A DNA stretch of 10,175 nucleotides from Deltaproteobacteria bacterium TL4 (GTDB lineage: Bacteria; SAR324; NAC60-12). The stretch lies in NCBI GenBank assembly GCA_051382335.1, contig JBBCAX010000353.1, positions 1-10,175 on the forward strand, read 5' to 3'. The number at the start of each line of letters is the position of its first letter. The first letter of the stretch is position 1. Positions 1 through 5,481 of this stretch are shown here, piece after piece. The notes beneath the pieces were generated by a model, which saw nothing but the letters and a program-made list of their open reading frames with translations, did no database searches and was not told the origin of the DNA. The position numbers and the translations under genes were made by a program.

Positions 1-25
1 GAGGGGTGTTTTTATACAAAATTCC

Positions 26-53
26 CGATCCCCCCCCGCGGGGGGGGGCCGCC
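26..53 (-). repeat. Degraded CRISPR repeat copy (degenerate terminal repeat or low-quality sequence)
   Basis: CGATCCCCCCCCGCGGGGGGGGGCCGCC starts exactly one 61-bp period before the repeat at 87 and aligns to the consensus with one deletion. The mismatches mostly convert interrupting bases into C or G runs. Confidence 0.75.
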
Positions 54-86
54 TGTTTTTTTTTGAAGGCTTGTAACCGCCAATAG

Positions 87-786
87 CGATTCATCCCCGC
101 AGGTGCGGGGCAGCCGCTTCCCCGACGCTTAGGCCGGGGAACAGTTTAGATTCATCCCCGCAGGTGCGGGGCAGCCGGACGCGCATTTTCCATGAGGCAG
201 GCTCTAAGCGATTCATCCCCGCAGGTGCGGGGCAGCCTTTTTTGCCGGTTAAGGTACCGGCAAACCTTGCGATTCATCCCCGCAGGTGCGGGGCAGCCGC
301 TGGGATAGCTCCCATCTCCTCTAGGAGAGTCGATTCATCCCCGCAGGTGCGGGGCAGCCGTGTAAAATGTAAAATAATTCATCAATAAAATCGATTCATC
401 CCCGCAGGTGCGGGGCAGCCTTCCTGTGAAAGAGGAGGTACATAAACCTCCTCGATTCATCCCCGCAGGTGCGGGGCAGCCTGGGCTAATTAAAGGACCG
501 TACAGGCAAGTCGCGATTCATCCCCGCAGGTGCGGGGCAGCCTGACAGTGAATGGCCTTACGGTTTGCCGGTACCGATTCATCCCCGCAGGTGCGGGGCA
601 GCCATGGGTTAATCAAAGCTCTTACAGGCAAGTCGCGATTCATCCCCGCAGGTGCGGGGCAGCCTAACCCATGTTATCTAACACGGTTACTGAGGTCGAT
701 TCATCCCCGCAGGTGCGGGGCAGCCTTTCACAGAAAGAAGAGGAACATACACCTCCTCGATTCATCCCCGCAGGTGCGGGGCAGCC
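87..786 (-). CRISPR. Type I-E CRISPR array, 12 repeats of 29 bp and 11 spacers of 32 bp
   Basis: Plus-strand repeat CGATTCATCCCCGCAGGTGCGGGGCAGCC starts at 87, 148 (first base A), 209, 270, 331, 392, 453, 514, 575, 636, 697 and 758, a strict 61-bp period. The minus-strand reading GGCTGCCCCGCACCTGCGGGGATGAATCG has the I-E architecture: CCCCGC/GCGGGG stem, 4-nt loop, and an 8-nt handle ATGAATCG (E. coli ATAAACCG). This fixes the orientation, in agreement with the leader and cas genes. Confidence 0.99.
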
Positions 787-806
787 CCTTCCAAAAATTA
801 CTGAAA

Positions 807-819
807 AATCAGCAGCTTG
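807..819 (+). promoter_or_regulatory. Putative IHF-binding site for leader-side spacer integration
   Basis: AATCAG-CAGC-TTG matches WATCAR-N4-TTR and lies 20 bp from the leader-repeat junction. IHF is known to direct leader-proximal integration in type I-E systems. Confidence 0.65.
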
Positions 820-833
820 AAAGAAGTCAAAAA

Positions 834-862
834 ATCATAACGCCGAATCGAGTTCATGGCTA
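834..862 (-). promoter_or_regulatory. Putative sigma70-type promoter for the array
   Basis: Minus strand TAGCCA (862-857, 4/6 to TTGACA), 17-nt spacer, TATGAT (839-834, 5/6 to TATAAT), pointing into the array. Motif match only. Confidence 0.45.
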
Positions 863-884
863 TACGTTTTAAGGTGGGAAATTG

Positions 885-938
885 GGAGGAAACATCATGT
901 TTTATCCTCCTGAAACAGCAGCAGGAAGAAACATGATG
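885..938. repeat. Palindrome with an alternative pairing arm, downstream of cas2
   Basis: GGAGGAAACAT-C-ATGTTTTATCCTCC (885-910) is an imperfect palindrome. CATCATGTTT (893-902) is the exact reverse complement of AAACATGATG (929-938). 885-899 and 924-938 are 13/15 direct repeats. Confidence 0.6.
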
Positions 939-968
939 AAAGGTTTAAACCATAGATTGAAGCACTTT

Positions 969-1289
969 TCAAGTTGAATTTTGAGATTCCTGTTCCTCTG
1001 CTTTTTCAAAATGGGGCATGTACTCAATCAGTTCCAAACCTTCCATCAGGACGACCGTTCTGCGATTTTTCCCAAAGGTTCTCATGGAAAATCCCTGTTC
1101 ATTATGAGCGTCAAAGACCATCACCGCAGAAAATTCCGCATTACGGACTCCGGTAATCATAGCCCAAATCTCATCACGTAAACGTGCTGACATTTTACCT
1201 ACATACATTCCAGCCCGTACCTGCAAACACCAGGCGGTAAGGGTTCCTCTCAATTTGTCAGGAGCGTTTTCCACATGAATCACAACCAT
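969..1289 (-). CDS. cas2: Type I-E CRISPR-associated endoribonuclease Cas2
   Basis: 106 aa. MVVIHVENAPDKLRGTLTAWCLQVRAGMYVG and NEQGF match the I-E Cas2 pattern. GGAG lies 6 nt upstream of the ATG, and the gene follows cas1. Confidence 0.96.
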   Translation of the reverse strand: MVVIHVENAPDKLRGTLTAWCLQVRAGMYVGKMSARLRDEIWAMITGVRNAEFSAVMVFDAHNEQGFSMRTFGKNRRTVVLMEGLELIEYMPHFEKAEEQESQNST

Positions 1290-1392
1290 ATAGTTCTCCA
1301 GAAAAGTTTTTTCTTGTTATTTTTCCCCTCACCCCAACCCTCTCCCACAAGGGGTGAGGGAGTTTTGGAAGAAACTTATCTGGACATCTATA
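1289..1392. repeat. Long imperfect inverted repeat spanning the cas1-cas2 intergenic region
   Basis: 1289-1313 TATAGTTCTCCAGAAAAGTTTTTTC versus the reverse complement of 1368-1392, TATAGATGTCCAGATAAGTTTCTTC: 21/25 identical. Confidence 0.8.
1325..1362. repeat. boxC-like / REP-like palindromic element
   Basis: CCCCTCACCCCAACCCTCTCCCACAAGGGGTGAGGGAG has perfect 10-bp arms at 1326-1335 and 1351-1360. It resembles, from memory, the CCCTCACCC-AACCCTCTCCC...GGGAGAGGG intergenic repeat family (E. coli boxC type). Confidence 0.65.
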
Positions 1393-2349
1393 TTAATCAA
1401 AATCCAGAAGAGGTGGAGACGGTTTATCAGAGGTTGATGCTGTGATGGAGGGAGAACTGGATTCAGAAAGAGTGCTGCCAGAAATGTCCGTATGCTGTTC
1501 TTGCGAAACTTCAGGAGCCAAAATCGCTTCAATATCCGGAATGATGGTTGCCAAAAAATGATTGACCCGAAATCGGTTACGTAACTCATGCCGGATCAGG
1601 GTTTCAGCTTGGGCTGCATGCGCTTTCACGAGTTCAAAAGCCAGAAGTAACACCTGTGAATCTTTATACAGATCTCCGATGTCATACACAAAGGACAAGG
1701 GGCTTCCTGAATGCAGAAACCCCACAGCCGGACTGTATCCTGCTGTTAAAATGGCAGCTTCCACAATTCCATACATGCAGGAGGTTCCCACCGAAATGGT
1801 TTTATTGATAGGATTCGCCTTATCCCAGTTGTCAGGATCATAAAAACGTCCATTCCAGGGAACATCGTACTTTTCTGCCAATTCCTGATAGCGTTTTTTA
1901 ACTCTCTGTCCTTCCATTCCCCTCAATTGGTCAATGCTCTTGTTGACAGGGCAAGGCGCCTGAAAGCGTTGTTCAAACATACGACGAACTACAATCAGGC
2001 GTTGCTTGGGATCATGATACATCCAGGTTTGATGCAGGATTTTTTCACTGTTGGAAAAATCCGTATAGCCTGCGGAATAGGTTCGGACACCTCCTTCGCC
2101 CACCCAAATAAGCAGACATTTATGCTGGGAACACAGTTTCACCGCTTCATGAGTAATCACCGAACCGGGTTCGAGCAAGATCAGGCTGAGGGAAGCAACA
2201 GGAATTTGCCGAAAAGGACTTCCATCTGTCTGAGTCATCACCAGCCCGGAGTCATCCACATCCAGCCTTGCATGACCCACATGCAGATAGGATAAACGGT
2301 CTTTCAGGGGATTGGCGCGTACTTCCGCTTTCAAATCCTGGTAGTCCAT
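1393..2349 (-). CDS. cas1: Type I-E CRISPR-associated integrase Cas1
   Basis: 318 aa. Motifs LKDRLSYL, IPVASL..LLEPGS.ITHEAV, WVGEGGVR.Y. Catalytic-type residues are present in LRGMEG, GFLHSG and FVYDIGD. Confidence 0.98.
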   Translation of the reverse strand: MDYQDLKAEVRANPLKDRLSYLHVGHARLDVDDSGLVMTQTDGSPFRQIPVASLSLILLEPGSVITHEAVKLCSQHKCLLIWVGEGGVRTYSAGYTDFSNSEKILHQTWMYHDPKQRLIVVRRMFEQRFQAPCPVNKSIDQLRGMEGQRVKKRYQELAEKYDVPWNGRFYDPDNWDKANPINKTISVGTSCMYGIVEAAILTAGYSPAVGFLHSGSPLSFVYDIGDLYKDSQVLLLAFELVKAHAAQAETLIRHELRNRFRVNHFLATIIPDIEAILAPEVSQEQHTDISGSTLSESSSPSITASTSDKPSPPLLDFD

Positions 2350-2350
2350 T

Positions 2351-2977
2351 TTAACTCCGGATCAGGCTGAACATTCCAAACCCAAAGGCTTTGCCACGTC
2401 CCAAGCCATTGACATAAGCCGAAAGGAAGGCTGTAGCATCTGTAATTTCCAGGTGTCCTCGCAGGTTTTGCCCTGTCAGACGAATCAGGGATTCTCCGTG
2501 TTTTTTTCCAAAAGCACGGTGTTCTCCCATTCGGGAGGCAGCCAGCAGTTTAAAGCCTTTTTCAGAAGCCTGCTTTGCCAGCCAACCGGAGTAAAGGAGA
2601 TTGCCAGACTCATCCTGACTGGTTTGGATATACTCTTTGGGACGAATGGGAATTTTGACAGAGCGTTTTGCTCCTTCCCGTTTTTCAGCAACCACCGCAT
2701 TAGCCCGTAAATAAAAGAAAAACTGCTGTCCTTCCCTAAAACAGGGATCGTAGGCTTTGACGGCATATTCGGAGGGAGCCAGCCACGGTTCCCAGTGGGG
2801 TTCCTGACAGGAGTGTACCAACAGAATTTGCTGACGGGGAGCTTGTTCTTCAATGCGGAACAGGAACTCCCGTTGAGCCGAGTCGGTCTGATTTTCAAAG
2901 GCTTTCCATAACTGTTGATGCAACTGGTAAGCGTCCAGAATAGGTGAAGCCAGGGTCAGTTTACTCAGATACAGCAT
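2351..2977 (-). CDS. cas6e: Cas6e (Cse3/CasE) crRNA-processing endoribonuclease
   Basis: 208 aa. YLSKL, Y.LHQ.LW, FLFRIE, F.LRAN and the C-terminal glycine-rich loop GLGRGKAFGFGMFSL. Strong AAGGAGG RBS within the end of cas5. Confidence 0.96.
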   Translation of the reverse strand: MLYLSKLTLASPILDAYQLHQQLWKAFENQTDSAQREFLFRIEEQAPRQQILLVHSCQEPHWEPWLAPSEYAVKAYDPCFREGQQFFFYLRANAVVAEKREGAKRSVKIPIRPKEYIQTSQDESGNLLYSGWLAKQASEKGFKLLAASRMGEHRAFGKKHGESLIRLTGQNLRGHLEITDATAFLSAYVNGLGRGKAFGFGMFSLIRS

Positions 2978-3785
2978 GAACTACCTCCTTCAGTGCAAGG
3001 GGATACACGAGTCTTTCAGCAAACTGTCGAGCGTCCAGCGGACCCGGTAGATAACGGTCCCGGATGCGATAAGGGATGCCTTGTTTCAAGGTTGCCTCGG
3101 TGATGGCGGAATCCCCTTGGAGAATGGTTGCATCACAATAGAAGCGAGTGTCCTCCTCTTTGGAAAAAGGAGGCAGTTTTTGATTCTTGAAGAGTGCTTC
3201 CTGACATTGAAAGTCGGTTTCCAACTGATTTTGAAACGTCTGCTCCAGGTTTCTGAACGTTGCCATTTCTGCCAGGGGATGTTCCCAGGAAAACACAGGG
3301 ACTTGCCCTTGTTGATGATAAACCGGAGGCAACGACCACGGATGTCCACGACGTCCAGCATACAGGGCATATTGCGGATTCAGTAACGCCTTGCCGATTT
3401 CAGGCAGGGAAGGAGCCTTTTGAGAAGGGGTTTCCTGAAAAACGGACACTAAAAAAGCGGTGTCCGCCAGATAGGTTTTACGTCCAATGAGAGTGCGTTC
3501 CGAATCAACCTTGAGTTTATCAGCTACCACGACCCCCTTGACGGAAAAGAAATCTGTCTGCAAAGCCCCTTTGCAGATTTCCAGGACAATGAAGTTGAGG
3601 GACTGATGGAGCGCTTGCAATCGTTCCGCTTCAGAACGCTCCAGTCCCAGCGCCGCCGCAATGAGTCCACATAATCCGGAGTGAGTGGGAAACGAAAGCG
3701 AAGGGCGATCATCCCCTGTCAAAACCATGTCTCCCCAGGATTGCATCGGTGCCCACAAGGGCATCAGGAGATATTCACGGTTCAT
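2961..3785 (-). CDS. cas5: Cas5 (CasD) Cascade subunit
   Basis: 274 aa. L.APMQSWG...RPS..FPT.SGL.GLIAAALG, YLAD..F and L.NP.Y.LYAGRR are Cas5e motifs. ATGA overlap with cas7. Confidence 0.96.
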   Translation of the reverse strand: MNREYLLMPLWAPMQSWGDMVLTGDDRPSLSFPTHSGLCGLIAAALGLERSEAERLQALHQSLNFIVLEICKGALQTDFFSVKGVVVADKLKVDSERTLIGRKTYLADTAFLVSVFQETPSQKAPSLPEIGKALLNPQYALYAGRRGHPWSLPPVYHQQGQVPVFSWEHPLAEMATFRNLEQTFQNQLETDFQCQEALFKNQKLPPFSKEEDTRFYCDATILQGDSAITEATLKQGIPYRIRDRYLPGPLDARQFAERLVYPLALKEVVHAVSE

Positions 3786-4915
3786 GACTGCACTCCTTGC
3801 AGAGCCTGGTTCACTTTGTTCCAGAGTTCGGTCAGATTGGGACAGGTCGTCATGTTGTCCAGGGGGGTATCCTTCAGAAAATCCGCATTTTGACAGGCGA
3901 GAAAAGCCTGAGCGACTTTTTTGAGATCTCCAAAAAACCTCTGTTCATTGATAAATTCAGAAAGCAGCGACTTAGTCGTGATTTTCAGGAGGTTGCCTTT
4001 GGAAGGAATATCCGCAAACGCATTGCTGAGATTGCTGTTGGCACCATTGCCCAGGGTGATCAGGATGCTAAACGGATGCTGATGGGCAGCCATCGAGTTT
4101 TGGCTGCCGGTGGGTAATGCCATCACAAACGATTTCAAAAAGGCGGAAGTCGCCTGTTGAGCCAGCAGGTTGTCCTTGCCTAGATTGTGTGCCAGTAAAT
4201 CAAAATTGACCGTGGCATATTGATAAAAGATGCCGGTGTTGAACTGCTTTTCATCCATGTGTCCGGCTCCCATTTCTTCCTCTCTCAGATCATCCACGGC
4301 TGTAAAAAAGTCATCCTGATTTTTGACAGGATGGGTGGTGATGGCATGAGCCACCTGCACCGCAGCATCACAATCCTCAAAGACTTCGCTGGTGGTCAAC
4401 CGACCAAACATGGCAATGTCCACTCCATCACGGAATTTGCGTTGCTTCTGAAGTTCGTTGATAGCAGAGGCAAAGACTTTTTTAACATCCGCCAGTTTTT
4501 TATCATCGTTTTCCTGACATAGTGTCAATGCCAATTTTTTGATTTCTTCCAGTTCCTGTTGTGTCACAAAAATCAGTTGGGTGAGTTCTTCACCGTCTTT
4601 GGCTTTGTTTTTTTGTCCAAGAGAAGCGACTTCGGTGGTCATCAGTTTGACAAGTTTTTCGGATACCCCATTTTTTTGCAAATGCTCTTTCACCAGAATC
4701 GGCAGTTTGCGGGTGCGGATTCCAAAAGCTCCTTGCATTTCATTATTGGGCAATTCCTTCATGAAACTACGAATAGAACGTTTGAGGCATTGACTGGAAA
4801 TGCGCCCATGCTGCTGTCCGAGGAAGTTCACTGACTTGGGGGAACCCAGGTCATCACGGTTGAGATTATGGGTGGAATGAGACGTCAGGGTGTGGATTTG
4901 AATAAAAGTGGTCAT
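3782..4915 (-). CDS. cas7: Cas7 (Cse4/CasC) Cascade backbone subunit
   Basis: 377 aa. FIQIH.L..NLNRDDLGSPK, RISSQCLKR, DIAMFGR, AAVQVAHAITTH, DFFTAVDD, GAGHM and PTGSQNS.A. Confidence 0.98.
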   Translation of the reverse strand: MTTFIQIHTLTSHSTHNLNRDDLGSPKSVNFLGQQHGRISSQCLKRSIRSFMKELPNNEMQGAFGIRTRKLPILVKEHLQKNGVSEKLVKLMTTEVASLGQKNKAKDGEELTQLIFVTQQELEEIKKLALTLCQENDDKKLADVKKVFASAINELQKQRKFRDGVDIAMFGRLTTSEVFEDCDAAVQVAHAITTHPVKNQDDFFTAVDDLREEEMGAGHMDEKQFNTGIFYQYATVNFDLLAHNLGKDNLLAQQATSAFLKSFVMALPTGSQNSMAAHQHPFSILITLGNGANSNLSNAFADIPSKGNLLKITTKSLLSEFINEQRFFGDLKKVAQAFLACQNADFLKDTPLDNMTTCPNLTELWNKVNQALQGVQS

Positions 4916-4956
4916 GGCATCCTTTGGGTTCAGGGTTAGCAGAAAGAGTTAAAGAT

Positions 4957-5481
4957 TCAGTCTTTAAGGGGATATTTTTCAAAATAGGCTTTTGCCAGTT
5001 TTTGTTTACAACGATTGATCCAGTCCTGTTTTTGGCTATTCAACGCGGAGAGAAATTGGGCGAGTTCCTCCCAGTTCAAATCCTCATGACGCAACATTTT
5101 CAGGGGGGAACGCAGTGCCTCAAACCCTTCCTCCAGCGTTTCAGCCTTCATGATGTGTTTGAAACGGGAGAGTTTGATTTTGGGAGCCTTGGGATCGCCC
5201 ACCAAAGATTCGCCCAAGGCTTTGGGAATGAAACGCAAACTTTCCTCGTTGGCTTTACGATCTCGCCAGAAGAGCAGGAGCGCTGAAAGAACGGGTTCAC
5301 TGAGGTTCCACTGTTCTTGCGAGTTCGTATAATAGAGGCGGGATACTTTGTAAAACACGGGAAGTAACGGAACCTCCCGGTAGTCTTCCAGGCGTCTCAA
5401 TTCGGAGCGGTCACCATTGCTGAGAGACTGATAGGCTTTGATGAGCGAGTTGATGCCTGAGGATGGTTCCTGATGGGTCAT
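4957..5481 (-). CDS. cse2: Cas11 (Cse2/CasB) small subunit
   Basis: 174 aa, helical-looking, with N-terminal LSNGDRSELRR typical of Cse2. Lies between cas8e and cas7 with an ATGA overlap to cas8e. Confidence 0.88.
   Translation of the reverse strand: MTHQEPSSGINSLIKAYQSLSNGDRSELRRLEDYREVPLLPVFYKVSRLYYTNSQEQWNLSEPVLSALLLFWRDRKANEESLRFIPKALGESLVGDPKAPKIKLSRFKHIMKAETLEEGFEALRSPLKMLRHEDLNWEELAQFLSALNSQKQDWINRCKQKLAKAYFEKYPLKD

Larger units (their letters stand above)
787..968 (-). promoter_or_regulatory. CRISPR leader / cas2-array intergenic region
   Basis: AT-rich stretch between the cas2 stop and the first repeat in transcription order. It contains IHF-like and promoter-like motifs. Confidence 0.85.

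Noticed and set aside
238..269. S3 hairpin as an intrinsic terminator
   Set aside because: The T-run precedes the stem and an A-run follows it on both strands, so there is no 3' U-tract.
421..757. S6/S11 ACCTCCT as a match to the 16S rRNA 3' end, the cas6e RBS (about 2984-2990) or the leader palindrome
   Set aside because: Only the 6-8 nt SD/anti-SD core matches. The flanks differ and the adjacent triplets are not AAG, so there is no support for self-targeting.
164..872. Plus-strand ORFs 164-388 and 552-872
   Set aside because: They are translations of the CRISPR repeats (recurring RFIPAGAGQP, IHPRRCGAA, DSSPQVRGS), not genes.
969..2349. Reverse transcriptase-Cas1 or Cas2-DnaQ fusion that might explain the odd spacers
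   Set aside because: Cas1 (318 aa) and Cas2 (106 aa) are stand-alone size with no RT or DEDDh motifs, and no RT gene is present in the window.
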